A stretch of 64,000 bases of DNA from Myxococcales bacterium (GCA_016720545.1 JADKKK010000003.1:281516-345515); one strand, 5' to 3'; counted from the stretch's first letter, positions 1 to 10,796 are shown. Made by a program: numbers and translations. The notes: a model not told the origin generated them from the letters alone.

Positions 1-1039
1 CCAGCAGCGCCGCGGCGAGCTCCTGCGAGAGCCGCGCGTCGCCGAGCATGACCGGCACGATCGGGTGGACGCCGTCCTTCACGGCGAAGCCCGCCGCCTT
101 CATCCCCGAGCGGAAGCGCTCGGCGTTGGCCATGACCTTGTCGCGCAGCGCCGTGGTGCCGTCGAGGAGGTCGAGCACCGCCAGCGACGCGCCCACGATC
201 GCCGGCGGGAGCGAGTTCGAGAACAGGTACGGGCGCGAGCGCTGGCGCAGCAGGTCGATGATCTCCTGCTTGCCGGTCGTGAAGCCGCCCGCGGCGCCGC
301 CCAGCGCCTTGCCGAGCGTGCTCGTCATCACGTCGATCCGCTTGGCGACCCCGAAGTGCTCCGGCGTACCGCGGCCGGTGGCGCCGATGAACCCGCTCGC
401 GTGGGAGTCGTCGACCATCACCATGGCGCCGTATTTCTCGGCGAGGTCGCAGATGATGTCGAGCTTGGCCAGGTAGCCGTCCATCGAGAACACGCCGTCG
501 GTCGCGATCATGCGGAGGCGCTTGCCCTGGGTCTTCTGGAGGGCCTCCTCGAGGGCGGCCATGTCGCCGTTGGGGTAGCGGTGCCGCTCGGCCTTGCACA
601 GGCTGATGCCGTCGATGATCGACGCGTGGTTGAGGGCGTCGGAGATGACCGCGTCCTCCTCGCCGAGGAGCGTCTCGAAGAGGCCGCCGTTCGCGTCGAA
701 GCAGGAGCTGTAGAGGATGGCGTCTTCGGTGCCGAAGAAGGAGGAGATGCGCTGTTCGAGGGCCTTGTGGTGGTCTTGCGTGCCGCAGATGAAGCGCACC
801 GAGCTCATGCCGAAGCCGCGGCGATCGATCGCCTCGTGCGCAGCGCGGATCACCGCGGGGTGGGACGAGAGCCCGAGGTAGTTGTTCGCGCAGAAGTTCA
901 GCACCTCGCCGCCGCCGCCCTCGCCGACCTGCACCGCGGCGGCCTGAGGGCTCACGAGCACGCGCTCGTTCTTGTAGAGGCCCGCATCGCGGATCTCTTG
1001 GAGGGTGCGGGAGTAGACCTGTTGGGCGGCGTCGAACAT
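1..1039 (-). CDS. kbl: 2-amino-3-ketobutyrate CoA ligase (glycine C-acetyltransferase), 3' end runs off window
   Basis: Reverse-strand translation from ATG (complement of 1037-1039) gives [28 protein letters not shown]...CANNYLGL...[11 protein letters not shown]...[12 protein letters not shown]...[10 protein letters not shown]...[10 protein letters not shown], the PLP-dependent Kbl signature. The listed + ORF 65..1054 is its antisense. Confidence 0.9.
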   Translation of the reverse strand, partial: MFDAAQQVYSRTLQEIRDAGLYKNERVLVSPQAAAVQVGEGGGGEVLNFCANNYLGLSSHPAVIRAAHEAIDRRGFGMSSVRFICGTQDHHKALEQRISSFFGTEDAILYSSCFDANGGLFETLLGEEDAVISDALNHASIIDGISLCKAERHRYPNGDMAALEEALQKTQGKRLRMIATDGVFSMDGYLAKLDIICDLAEKYGAMVMVDDSHASGFIGATGRGTPEHFGVAKRIDVMTSTLGKALGGAAGGFTTGKQEIIDLLRQRSRPYLFSNSLPPAIVGASLAVLDLLDGTTALRDKVMANAERFRSGMKAAGFAVKDGVHPIVPVMLGDARLSQELAAALL

Positions 1040-1100
1040 GGGCCCACACGGTAGTCCGATTCACGCCCGATCGCGACGGTGGCTCGGTGCGTCTGGAGTG

Positions 1101-2981
1101 CTAGCGCTTCTTCGCCACCGGCGCGCGGCGCGGCCAACCCTGGGCGAGGCTGCGCAAGGCGAGGCACACGTCCGGATCTTTGCACGCGCCAACGTCCTCG
1201 CGGAGCACACTCCAGCCGTCGGCCCGCGCCCGCTTGCCGGAGCGCATGTCGGGGCCCCGCCAGCTCGGCGGGGCGTGCGCGATCGTCGCCTCGCGACCCT
1301 CGACAGGGCCGGCGCCCGCGCCCTCGAACGGCACGACGAGCGACGGCGCGAGCCCCACGCGCTGCACCGGCGTTCCATCGGGGAGCGCGTAGAGCAAGGT
1401 GGTGAGCCGGAGGATGCCGGTGCGCGGCTCGTCGTCGAAGTACTCTTGCGCGCAGCCCTTGCCGAACGTGCGTCGCCCGACCGAGGGGCCGCGGCCGTAG
1501 GTCGCGATCGCGCCGGCCATCATCTCGGCCGCGCTCGCGGTGGCGCCATCGACCAGGGTGGCGAGCGGGCCGCGGTACACGTCCTGGTCGGGCGGCTCGG
1601 TGGCGCGCTCGACCTCGACCGTGCCGTCCCGGCGCTTCATCGGGAACAGCGAGACCCCCGGCAAAAAGAGCCCGATCGCGTGCATCGCGCCGTCGGTCGA
1701 GCCGCCGCCGTTGCCGCGCAGGTCGAGCACCACGCCGGCCAGGGGGCGCGCGCCTTCGCGCTCGCGGCGGAGCGCCCGGGCGAGCTCTTCGCCGAGGTCC
1801 TCGCGCACGTCGTGGATGGCCACCACGACGACGTCGCCTGCGCCCCACTTCACGCGCTCGACGGGGAGGGCCAGGGCGGCGTCCGCCGCGGGCGCCGGAG
1901 CGCTGCCGCGAGGTCCGCCGACGGAGAGGCTGACGAGCTTCCCTCCGCGGAGCACCGTCGCGCTGACGGCGGCCTTGGCCTCCGACGCGACGAACCCGAG
2001 CTGCTCGATCTGCTCGATGGGGAGCCCGGCGAGCGGCACGTCCGCGATGGAGAGCAGCACGTCGCCCGGGACGAGCGGCGCGGTGACCCCCTCCGAGAGC
2101 GCCACGCCCACAGGGGTGATTTCGCTCTTCGTCCAGAGCGGGTGCGGGGCGTTCGCCGCGAGGTCGACGTCGTAGACGCTCGCCTCTTCGTCGTACGGAG
2201 CCCAGGCGCCGTGAGGGTCGACGAGCGGCACGTAGGCGCGCACGGCCGCCGAGAGCACCAGCTCGCCCCACCCGCGCGCGGGGAGCGTCGGGAAGAAGCG
2301 GTCGCGCGCCCCCTCCGCGAAGGGCTTGCCCTCGGGCCCTACGGCGCGCTCGAAGCCGCCGACGCGGAGGCCGAGCTCGCGGGCCGCGACCTTCGCCTCG
2401 CCCGCGGCCGGGAGCGGCGCGCTCGCCCCAGAGAGATCGCCCACGGTGGCGCTCGCGCGGCCCGCGTCGAAGACGACGCGGAGCTCGTCGACCCAGCGCG
2501 CGAGGACCTCGCCGGACGCGTCGGCCGAGGGGCACCCGCGGCCGTGGCGCGCCTGGAGCTCCGGCAGCAGGCGCCGCAGCTCGACCCCGAGGGCATCGCG
2601 CGGGGCGTCCGCCGCCACGCTCCAGAGCGCGTGAGGGTCAAGCCAGTCCGAGGCCGAGTCGACGAACGGGCCGAGCTCGACGCGGGCCGGCGGCGACGCC
2701 ATATTCCCATGGACTTGCCAGATGATACGATGCGCATCATCGCACCGGAGCGCGCTCGGTTTGCCGCTCGGCGTGTGGAAGGCGTACCCGGGCGGCTCGT
2801 CGTCTTCGTCGGCCGCCTCGTCGGGCGCTGGCGCCGGCCCCACCTTCTGCTCGTGCACCGTCACGGTGGGAGCGGGCGCGACGCGCGCCTCGTGCCGCGC
2901 GTAGAGCCCCGTGCACACGGCCGCGGCGAGCGCGACGGCGGCGAGCGAGACGGCGGCGACCTGAGGCGTCCTCACGGGCAT
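1101..2981 (-). CDS. S41-family C-terminal processing peptidase (tail-specific protease), N-terminal membrane anchor
   Basis: 626-aa ORF with a hydrophobic N-terminus (VAAVSLAAVALAAAV), a PDZ-like region and the S41 core LDLRGNGGGS...FGKG. Confidence 0.8.
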   Translation of the reverse strand: MPVRTPQVAAVSLAAVALAAAVCTGLYARHEARVAPAPTVTVHEQKVGPAPAPDEAADEDDEPPGYAFHTPSGKPSALRCDDAHRIIWQVHGNMASPPARVELGPFVDSASDWLDPHALWSVAADAPRDALGVELRRLLPELQARHGRGCPSADASGEVLARWVDELRVVFDAGRASATVGDLSGASAPLPAAGEAKVAARELGLRVGGFERAVGPEGKPFAEGARDRFFPTLPARGWGELVLSAAVRAYVPLVDPHGAWAPYDEEASVYDVDLAANAPHPLWTKSEITPVGVALSEGVTAPLVPGDVLLSIADVPLAGLPIEQIEQLGFVASEAKAAVSATVLRGGKLVSLSVGGPRGSAPAPAADAALALPVERVKWGAGDVVVVAIHDVREDLGEELARALRREREGARPLAGVVLDLRGNGGGSTDGAMHAIGLFLPGVSLFPMKRRDGTVEVERATEPPDQDVYRGPLATLVDGATASAAEMMAGAIATYGRGPSVGRRTFGKGCAQEYFDDEPRTGILRLTTLLYALPDGTPVQRVGLAPSLVVPFEGAGAGPVEGREATIAHAPPSWRGPDMRSGKRARADGWSVLREDVGACKDPDVCLALRSLAQGWPRRAPVAKKR

Positions 2982-3041
2982 CCAACGTACCAGCCGGCGA
3001 CGACGCGGGCCGCCTTCTTGGCGTCACGCCCGGCGGGAACC

Positions 3042-3872
3042 TTAGGAGGCCCTGGCGATCGCGCTCACGTCCGAGGCGAGGTCGCCGAGCTCGCGGCGGA
3101 GCTTGCCACGCGCGCGCTCTTCGATCTGCCGCACGCGCTCCTTCGAGACCCCGAGGCGCGCGCCGAGCGCCTGGAGTGTGGGCGGGTCTTCGGTCATGAT
3201 GCGCTCGCGCACGATCAGCTCTTCCCGCGCGGTGAGGGTGCCGAGCGCGGCCTTCACGTGGTCGGAGGCGCGCGCTTGGCGTTCGTTCGCCGAGGCGTTC
3301 TCCTCCGGCGTGGGCTCGGGAGAGCCCAGCCGTTCGACCATCGGAGACTGATCCTCGAGGCCCGCGTCGAGGCTCGCCTCGCGGCCGGCGAGGATGGGAA
3401 GCAGCGTCGCGATTCGCTCGGCCGACAGGCCCGACACCTCCGCGAGCGCCTCGGCCGAGGTGTCGCGCCCCGTACGGAAGGCGCGGAGGGCACGGCGCTC
3501 ACCCTTCGTGGTGCCCACGCGGACCACTCGGAAGGTGCGGACGACGTACTCTCGGATCTCGGCGCGTATCCAATAAGCGGCGTAGGTCGCGAGCCGGCAA
3601 TCTTTGCCGGGGTCGAACTTGGCCGCCGCGCGGAGCAGACCGAGGTTGCCCTGCTGCACGATGTCCTCGAGCGGCACGCCCCAGCGCCGGTACTCGAGGG
3701 CGATCGAGACGACGAACGGGAGACACGCCGACACGAGCTTGCCGCCGGCGCGACGATCGCCGGCGAGGAAGCGGCGGGCGAGCTCCTGCTCCGCCTCGCG
3801 CGTCAGCGGCTTCAGCGCCGCAAGCTGCTGCCGGTAGAACGGGAAGCTGCCTTCTTGGAGTGCCGAGCCCAT
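3042..3872 (-). CDS. RNA polymerase sigma factor, sigma-70 family group 3 (RpoH/SigB-like)
   Basis: 276 aa. Region 2 IVQQGNLGLLRAAAKFDPGKDCRLATYAAYWIRAEIREYV and region 4 LQALGARLGVSKERVRQIEERARGKLRREL. Confidence 0.85.
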   Translation of the reverse strand: MGSALQEGSFPFYRQQLAALKPLTREAEQELARRFLAGDRRAGGKLVSACLPFVVSIALEYRRWGVPLEDIVQQGNLGLLRAAAKFDPGKDCRLATYAAYWIRAEIREYVVRTFRVVRVGTTKGERRALRAFRTGRDTSAEALAEVSGLSAERIATLLPILAGREASLDAGLEDQSPMVERLGSPEPTPEENASANERQARASDHVKAALGTLTAREELIVRERIMTEDPPTLQALGARLGVSKERVRQIEERARGKLRRELGDLASDVSAIARAS

Positions 3873-4156
3873 AGAAATACTCCGATCTCGTGGAGCCCTG
3901 GCAGCGGCGGTTCACCGCCCGCGGGGACCTCCCGCTCCCTTGCACCGGCGGTGCCACACGCAATGCGGGCGCGATCGCGCAGGCAGCGCGGCGAGCCCAC
4001 CCGAAGACGCGCAACCCGGACGGCGCGGCTCACAGCGTGGCGAAAATTCTGCGCGCCCAGCCCGCCTCCCGGGGGTCACGCGCGGAGGACGACGCCCTCC
4101 GAGACGAGTCCAGCCCGATGACCGCGGGCGCTCGAAGCTCAAAGCGCGGCGCCGTT

Positions 4157-6419
4157 TCAGCGCGCGCCCAGCGGCGCGAACAGGAGCTCCACGTCGTCTT
4201 CCGTTAGGGCGGCGCTGCCCTCGCCCTCGCCCAGAATGGCGTCGGCGACCGTGCGCTTGCGGCGCTGGAGGCGGAGCATCCGCTCCTCGACGCTGCCCGC
4301 GACGTAGAGGTGATGCACGAACACGGGGCGCGCCTGGCCGATGCGGTACGCGCGATCGGTAGCCTGCGCCTGTACGGCGGGGTTCCACCACGGATCGTAG
4401 TGGATCACGGTGTCGGCCCCGGTGAGGGTGAGCCCCGTGCCGCCCGCGCGGAGGCTGATGAGGAAGACGTCGACCTCTTCCTTCTCGAAGCGCCCGATGG
4501 CCTCCGGCCGATCGACGGTGCTCCCCCGTGAGCGTCGTGTAGCGCTTGCCGCGCGCCGCGAGCGCGCCCTCGAGCAGGGTGATCATGCTGGTGAACTGAG
4601 AGAACACCAGCACGCGATGGCCATCGCCGAGCAGCTGCATCATGAGCTCGTCGAACACGCGGAGCTTCGCCGACTCCTGCGCCGAGGCGCCGGTCATGTT
4701 GACGAGGCGCGGATCGCAGCACACCTGCCGCAGCTTGGTGAGGGCGCCGAGAATGGGGATGGTCGAGGCCGAGAGCCCCTTCTTCTTGATGAGCTTGCGC
4801 ACCTCCGCGTGGGCGGCCACGCGGATGCTCTCGTAGAGCTCGCGCTGCTCGCCGCGCAGCTCGATGGGGCGGTGGAGCTCGGTCTTGGGCGGGAGCTCCT
4901 TGGCGACCTCGGCCTTCGTGCGGCGCAGGATGTAGGGCGCGAGCACGCCGCGGAGGGACTCGAGGCGGTCGGCGTTGCGCTGCTTCTCGATGGGGAAGCG
5001 GTAGAACCGGGAGAAGTGGAGCTCGTCGCCGAGGAGGCCGGGGTTCAAGAAGTCGGACAGGGCCCACAGCTCGCCGAGGTGGTTCTCCACCGGCGTGCCC
5101 GTGAGGCAGAGCCTGTGCTCAGCGCGGATGGCGCGCACAGCGCCGTGGGCCCGGCTCTTGTCGTTCTTGATGGTCTGCGCCTCGTCGAGCACCAGGATCG
5201 AGAAGGCGTGCTCGGCGAGCTTCTCCTCGTCGCGGATCGCGACGGGGTAGCTCGTGACGACGAGATCGGCCGCGTCGAAGCGCTCGTAGGCGTCGGCGCG
5301 ATCGGGACCGTGGAGAGGCACGACGCGGAGGCGCGGGGCGAACTTCCCCGTCTCGCGCGCCCAGTTGTTCACGAGGCTCGTGGGCGCGACGATGAGCGCC
5401 GGGCGAGTGAGCAGGCCGCGCTGCTTGAGGAGCGCGAGGTGGGCGATGGTCTGGAGGGTCTTGCCGAGGCCCATGTCGTCCGCGAGGACGCCGCCCACAC
5501 CTCGATCGACGAGGTGCTGGAGCCACGCGAGGCCCTCGCGCTGGTAGGGGCGGAGCTCGGCGCGTAGACCGTCCGGCGCGGCGCAAGGCGGCGGATCGCC
5601 CATGCTGGCCGCGTCGCGCCAGGCGTCGCGCAGCGCGCCGGTGAAGCGCAGCTCGGCGTCTTCGGCCTGAAAGAGCTCGTCGAGGTGGCCGAGGGCGCCC
5701 GCGCGCTGCGGCGGCACCGGGAGCGCGCCGCGCTCGAGCGGCTTCCCGTCGTAGAGCTCGGCGAGCACGCGAAGGATCGCGCGGAGCCGCGCGGTGGGGA
5801 TGGCGAGAAATACGTGCTCTTTCACCGGCACGGCCACGCACTTGCCGGCGCGCCGCGCGATGTCGGCGAGGCCCTCGCCGCTACCGCTCTTCTCGAGGAG
5901 GTCGAGGAGCGCGGGGAGGAGGGAGACGCGCTGTCCGCCGAGCTCGATGCCGAGCTCCACGCCGAACCAGTCTTCGCGATCGGCGCCGCGATCGCGTCGC
6001 TCGACGGCGTCGACGTCGGCGTACCATCGCGGCTCCGGCTCGACGGTCTTCCACTCGTGGGCCTCGTCGACCACGACGCGGAAGCCGAGGCGACGGAGCT
6101 GGGGAACCACCGCGCTCTGGAAGGTGCAGTAGTCCGAGGCCGAGCCCTCGCACGCGATCACGTAGTCGGCGTGGACGCCCGGCGCGGCGGCCATGTCGTC
6201 GAGACACGACAGATCCAGCACGCCGAAGCCCTCGATGAGGCGGCGGGCGCGGAGCTCGGCCGCCCGATCGCGGACGGCGCCGGTCGTGCCCGCGTCTTCT
6301 TCGTCTTCTTCTTCGTCGTCGTCGTCCGCCAGGGCAGGCAGCACGAGACCCCCGTAGTCGAACGAGAGCGCGAGCAGCGGCATGCGGGTGGTCTCGTACG
6401 ACGAGCTGAGGCCGCTCAT
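4157..6419 (-). CDS. SNF2-family DEAD/DEAH helicase (RapA/HepA-like), interrupted by an apparent +1 frameshift near 4518-4522
   Basis: N-terminal part [17 protein letters not shown]...[11 protein letters not shown]...[18 protein letters not shown]... in frame of ORF 3912..6638. Helicase C-terminus ...[48 protein letters not shown] in ORF 4157..4408. Removing one C from the C5 run (a G5 run on the coding strand) joins [19 protein letters not shown]. The 5' start is uncertain (MSGLSSS.. at ~6419 or the upstream ATG at 6638). Confidence 0.85.
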
Positions 6420-6639
6420 GCGGTGCGAGACCACATCGTCGGTGAAGATGCGCAAGCACGGCACGGGCGCCCCCTCCGCGGAACCCCCCGGGGAACAGGC
6501 GGGCGGGTTCGTGCGGACACGGAGCTCGCTCGGAGGGGCGGCGGACGAAGGGCGCGCGGGGGGCGGGACGGGCGGGCGCGAGCGTACGGAAGGGGGCTGC
6601 TCGAAGGCGCGCGTGGCCTCGGAGTCGGGGACGATCACG

Positions 6640-6860
6640 AGCGAACTTAGATCACATCTCTCCGCGATCTGTCGAATGTAGAATGCACAAAAGAACGTTC
6701 TCAGGTATTCATCACTCCCGGTTCATGGCGACACACTCGCAGGTTCGTGGATCGTTCGCCGATGCTTGCAACCCTCATCTTCTTGTTCGAGGCCCGCCCG
6801 GCCCCTAGCTCGCGTCTGATCGTCCCACGCGGACCCTCCTCGCACGGGGCTTGGATCATG
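6640..6860. promoter_or_regulatory. Comparatively AT-rich divergent intergenic region (candidate promoters for the SNF2 helicase on - and the lipoprotein/OmpA pair on +)
   Basis: The local drop in GC (ttagatcacatctctccgcgatctgtcgaatgtagaatgcacaaaagaacgttctcaggtattcatcac) between divergent genes is the only promoter-like signal read. Confidence 0.3.
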
Positions 6861-7205
6861 GGCGCCGCGCTCGCGGGCTCGCTCGGGTGCGGGCCCAGCC
6901 TGCCCGTCCCACGCGAGCGACTCACCACGGCGGAGGCGGAGCTCGCCGAAGCCGAGCGCGCCGGCGCGACGCGCGTGCCGAAGGCGAAGGAGTCCTACGC
7001 CGCGGCGGCCGCGCGCATCCTGCGTGCGCGCGCGTTCATCCGGGAAGACAAGAACGGCGAGGCGGCGCTCCTGCTTTTGCGCGCCGAGGCCGACGCCTCG
7101 CTCGCGGCAGCGCAGGCCCGCGAGGGCGTGGCCGAAGAGAAGGTGGCCCGCGCGAAGGCCCTGATCGCCGAGGAGGAGCGCCTCTCGGGAACGGGGGCGC
7201 GGTGA
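6747..7205 (+). CDS. Small secreted/lipoprotein, DUF4398-like partner of the OmpA-family protein. The true start is probably internal (ATG 6858 or an upstream TTG)
   Basis: ...AWIMGAALAGSLGCGPS signal/lipobox-like segment followed by an Ala/Glu-rich helical region. The stop TGA 7203-7205 overlaps the GTG of the next gene. Confidence 0.5.
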   Translation: MDRSPMLATLIFLFEARPAPSSRLIVPRGPSSHGAWIMGAALAGSLGCGPSLPVPRERLTTAEAELAEAERAGATRVPKAKESYAAAAARILRARAFIREDKNGEAALLLLRAEADASLAAAQAREGVAEEKVARAKALIAEEERLSGTGAR

Positions 7206-8122
7206 CGCAACCCGAGCGACGCGCGCGCGTGGAGCGTGCGGCCGAAGCCCAGCGTCTCGCCGTGTCCGGCTCGGCCCTCGTGTCCGTCGCGCTGCTCGCG
7301 CTCGCGACGACGCTCGAGGCGTGTGCGCCGATCCCCGCGCCGCGCGAGCTCGTGGTGGCCCGTGCGGCCTTTCGGCGCGCCCAGACGGCGACGCCCGACG
7401 CCCCGGTGGAGGTCGACCATGCGCGACGCGCGCTTGGGGCCGCCGAGCAGCGATTCCAGGAGATCGGCGCCGAGCCAGAGGTGTCGAGCCTGGCCTTTGT
7501 GGCCGAGCGCCAGGCGCAGCGCGCGGAGAGCGCGGCGAGGCGTGTTCGCCTCGAGCGCGAGCTCACCGAGCTCACCGCGGCCGCAAAGGCGCGGGCGGTC
7601 GCGCGCGACGTGCGGGCCCGCGAGGCCGAGGCGAAGGCGCGGGACGAGCTCGCCCGGAAGACCCGCGAGCTCGAGGCCGCGGCGCAGCTCGCCGGGGCGC
7701 GGCGCGAAGCGGAGGAGCGCGCGCAACGCGCGACCGACGCGCTCCGAAAGATCGCGACCGCGGTGCGCACCGAGCCGCGCGGCGTGGTGCTGACGTTCGC
7801 CGAGGCGACGCTCTTCGCTCAAGGCGCGACCGCGCCCTCGCCGGGCGGGCGCGCCAAGCTCGACGAGCTGGCGACCACGCTCCAGCGCGACCGCCCCGGC
7901 GTCCGTACGGCGGTGGAGGCCCACACCGACAACCAGCGCTCGAAGCAGCAGAACGCCAGACTCTCGAAGGCCCGCGCGGAGGCCGTCGCAGCCTACCTGG
8001 CGAAGAAGGGGCTGTCCGGCGTTCGCGCCGAGGGGCTCGGCGAGCAGCGCCCGCTGGCGTCGAACTCGACCACCGAGGGCCGGCTCACCAACCGACGCGT
8101 GGAGATCGTGCTCGAACCCTGA
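7202..8122 (+). CDS. OmpA-family protein (C-terminal peptidoglycan-binding OmpA domain), lipoprotein-type N-terminus, coiled-coil middle
   Basis: GTG start overlapping the upstream stop (GTGA). ...ALLALATTLEACAP... then C-terminal VLTFAEATLFAQGATAPSPGGRAKLDELATTLQ...VEAHTDNQRS...NARLSKARAEAVAAYL...GLGEQRPLASNSTTEGRLTNRRVEIVL. Confidence 0.8.
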   Translation: MTQPERRARVERAAEAQRLAVSGSALVSVALLALATTLEACAPIPAPRELVVARAAFRRAQTATPDAPVEVDHARRALGAAEQRFQEIGAEPEVSSLAFVAERQAQRAESAARRVRLERELTELTAAAKARAVARDVRAREAEAKARDELARKTRELEAAAQLAGARREAEERAQRATDALRKIATAVRTEPRGVVLTFAEATLFAQGATAPSPGGRAKLDELATTLQRDRPGVRTAVEAHTDNQRSKQQNARLSKARAEAVAAYLAKKGLSGVRAEGLGEQRPLASNSTTEGRLTNRRVEIVLEP

Positions 8123-8160
8123 CGGGTCGGCGGAGCGGCACGTCGGGCTGGCCGGGCGCG

Positions 8161-9156
8161 TCAGCGCTCGCGCAGCCGCGCGAACGCGTCGGTGACGGCG
8201 CGCGCGTGCGCCGAACGATAGAACAGCGCCTGCGTGACGTGCCCCGCCGGCTTGCGGCGCAGCTCGCACCGCCAGTACCGCGCGAGCGCCTCCGCCTCGT
8301 GCCGTACGACGAACTCGTCGTGCTGGCCGTACACGATGATGGCAGCGCGAGGGAACACCGGCGGCGGATGCCGGCTGATGCGCACGGGCGCGAGCACCTC
8401 CTCGAACAGGCTCGTCGCGGCGTTGCGGGAACCGACGTCGCGCACGAGGCTTGCCCAGTCGACTACACGGGTCATCGCGTCTCGTGTGAAGACAGGGAGC
8501 ACCGAGTCACCAGCGCCCCGCAGGATGGCGGCGAGCGGGAACGGCGAGAGCGCCGCCACGAAGCCGCCCATGAAGCCGCCCTGACTAAACCCGCTTACAC
8601 CCACATCCTCGCACACCTCGGCGCGCAGAAAGGCGAGGAGCGCGCGCCCCTCGTCCACGGTCGCGAGGTTCAGCGCGAAGTGCTCGGCGACGGTCCGGAT
8701 GCGCGGCCCCACCTGGCCCGCGGGCCGACGAAGCCCGTAGAGCGGGCTCTCGAGGGAGGCGACCCCGAGCCCCTCGGGGAACAGGTGCCGCGCGAAGAGG
8801 CGCCGCCGCGCGAAGCCCTCCTCCGCCGTGGCCGCGAGCAGCAGGCACACGCCGCGTGGCTTCGCCGGCAGCAGCAGCTCGAAATGGGCCGTGCGAGCCT
8901 CGCGCGGCAGCAGCCGAGCCAGCGGCGACTCGAACGTGCCGCGCCGCACGCGCACGCCGAGCGTGGTCTTCTCGGGCCGCTCCCACGCGAGGTTGGCCAC
9001 GCCCACCTCACGCGCGTGCGTGTAGTCGCGGATCTCGCCCGAGATCCCGCGCAGCGTGGCGACGTCGCCGAAGCCGTCCTCGAAGAGCTTCCCCTTGCGG
9101 GCGAGCCGAGCGACCAGGCGATCGACGAGCACGTGCGCGAGGCGTGACGCGCTCAT
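8161..9156 (-). CDS. Alpha/beta-hydrolase fold protein (ABHD18/DUF2048-like)
   Basis: GFSQG nucleophile-elbow-like motif and overall alpha/beta pattern. Start taken at MSASRLAHVLV (the upstream ATG at 9231 is also possible). Confidence 0.5.
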   Translation of the reverse strand: MSASRLAHVLVDRLVARLARKGKLFEDGFGDVATLRGISGEIRDYTHAREVGVANLAWERPEKTTLGVRVRRGTFESPLARLLPREARTAHFELLLPAKPRGVCLLLAATAEEGFARRRLFARHLFPEGLGVASLESPLYGLRRPAGQVGPRIRTVAEHFALNLATVDEGRALLAFLRAEVCEDVGVSGFSQGGFMGGFVAALSPFPLAAILRGAGDSVLPVFTRDAMTRVVDWASLVRDVGSRNAATSLFEEVLAPVRISRHPPPVFPRAAIIVYGQHDEFVVRHEAEALARYWRCELRRKPAGHVTQALFYRSAHARAVTDAFARLRER

Positions 9157-9275
9157 GAAGGTCGAGTACCACGAATGGTCGGCGGAGGCTGCCGGACCGC
9201 GCGGCGCGAGCCCCGGACACGCCGAGAACACGCCAGGCGGCCCCGCGCAGCGATCGGCGGTAGACTAGGCCGCTC

Positions 9276-10733
9276 ATGGACCCGGAGTCGCGCATCGGAG
9301 CCGTCGTGGGCGGCAAGTACCGGCTCGAGAAGCTGCTCGGCAGGGGCGGCATGGGCGCGGTGTACGAGGCGATCCACACGGGCGTGCAGAAGCGGTTCGC
9401 GATCAAGGTCCTCAGCGTCGCGGCGTTCCGCGACGCGGGGACCCGCGCGCGGTTCACGAAGGAGGCGCAGGCGGCCGCAAAGATGGAGCACCCGAACATC
9501 GTGGCGGTGTTCGACGTGGGCGAGACCGAAGACTCGGCGCCTTTCATGGTGATGGAGCTGCTCCGAGGCCGATCGCTCTTCGACGCGCTCGAGCGAGGCC
9601 CCTTCCCGGTGTCGCTCGCCGTGTGCGTGGCGCGCGAGATGCTCTCCGCCCTCGAGTGCGCGCACCGCGCGGGGATCGTGCACCGGGACATCAAGCCGGC
9701 GAATATCTTCCTCGTCGACGGGCCCGACGCCACCATCCACGTCAAGGTCCTCGACTTCGGCGTCGCCAAGTTCGCCGGAGTCGACGAGGGCGACGAGGTG
9801 AGCCTCACGCAGTCGGGGGCGATCGTCGGCACGCCGCTCTATATGGCGCCCGAGCAGTTCCTCGCGGTCCGCGAGATCGACGGCCGCACCGACGTGTGGG
9901 CGGTGGGGGCCACCCTCTTCCAGATGCTCACGGACCGGCCCGTGCACCTCACGACGAGCGCGACGGCCGTGGCGGCGAAGGTGGTGAGCGAGCCTGCCCC
10001 GCGTGTCCGCTCCCTTCGCCCCGAGGTCGACGAAGACCTCGACGCGATCGTCGCGCGGGCGCTCGCCATCAACCGTGACGACCGCTTCGCGACCGCCGCG
10101 GAAATGATGGAGGCCCTCGAGCGCCATTTCCTCGGCGCGTCGGAGACGCTCCCGGGGCTCCCCTCGGATCGCGAGCGGGTCGCGCGCTCGAACCCGAACC
10201 CGAACCCGAGCTCCGGCGGTCGGGCGGCAGCCCGCGCGGCGGCCGACGCGGCAGCCTCGCGCCCTGCCATCGAGGAGCCCATCACGGACGGCTCCGGCGG
10301 CGAGCGTGTGATGATCACGACTCAGTCGGGGGCCGCGCCCTCGCTGTCCTTCGGGAGGCACGCGGCCCTCGGCCTCGCCAGCGGGGTGCTCGGCGCGCTC
10401 GTCACCGTGGTGCTCCTGCTCCGCGCGAGCCCGGCGCCGCCGATCACCGCCCCTCTGCCCGTGCCCCCGCTCCCGAGCGTGGTCCTCGCTCGCCCGGCGG
10501 TGCCGAGCGCGACCGCCGCCCCAAGCGCGACCGCCGCCGCCCCAAGCGCGACCGCCGCCGCTCCAAGCGCGACCGGGGCGCTCACCCACGTGGCGGCCAC
10601 CGCCTCGCCGACGAAGCCCGAAAAGAAGCCGACCTGCGAAGAGGGGCAGACCCTCTCCGCGGGGCACTGCTGCGCGCGCGGGCTCGTCTGGCAGAACGGC
10701 CGCTGCGATCGCCCACTCGCGACCGATTTCTGA
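9276..10733 (+). CDS. Serine/threonine protein kinase with Pro/Ala-rich linker, one TM helix and a Cys-rich C-terminal extracytoplasmic tail
   Basis: Hanks kinase motifs GRGGMGAVYEA, AIKVL, HRDIKPANIFL, DFGVAK, GTPLYMAPE. TM segment LGLASGVLGALVTVVLLL. The tail CEEGQTLSAGHCCARGLVWQNGRCDRP. An in-frame tandem DNA repeat encodes (APSATAA)x3 at ~10505-10580. Confidence 0.9.
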   Translation: MDPESRIGAVVGGKYRLEKLLGRGGMGAVYEAIHTGVQKRFAIKVLSVAAFRDAGTRARFTKEAQAAAKMEHPNIVAVFDVGETEDSAPFMVMELLRGRSLFDALERGPFPVSLAVCVAREMLSALECAHRAGIVHRDIKPANIFLVDGPDATIHVKVLDFGVAKFAGVDEGDEVSLTQSGAIVGTPLYMAPEQFLAVREIDGRTDVWAVGATLFQMLTDRPVHLTTSATAVAAKVVSEPAPRVRSLRPEVDEDLDAIVARALAINRDDRFATAAEMMEALERHFLGASETLPGLPSDRERVARSNPNPNPSSGGRAAARAAADAAASRPAIEEPITDGSGGERVMITTQSGAAPSLSFGRHAALGLASGVLGALVTVVLLLRASPAPPITAPLPVPPLPSVVLARPAVPSATAAPSATAAAPSATAAAPSATGALTHVAATASPTKPEKKPTCEEGQTLSAGHCCARGLVWQNGRCDRPLATDF

Positions 10734-10796
10734 GCTGTTCCGGAGGGTTGGTGCGGACGGCTCCCCGCGAAATGGGGCGCGTGCTAGGCTCGAGGG

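Noticed and set aside
65-1054. 329-aa + strand ORF
   Set aside because: It is the antisense of kbl. Its composition (R/A/E/V rich, no motifs) and the strong Kbl match on the opposite strand make it spurious.
1038-4121. 1027-aa + strand ORF spanning the kbl-S41-sigma region
   Set aside because: Arg/Ala/Gly-rich low-complexity translation. It is antisense to three well-supported minus-strand genes, a typical high-GC artefact.
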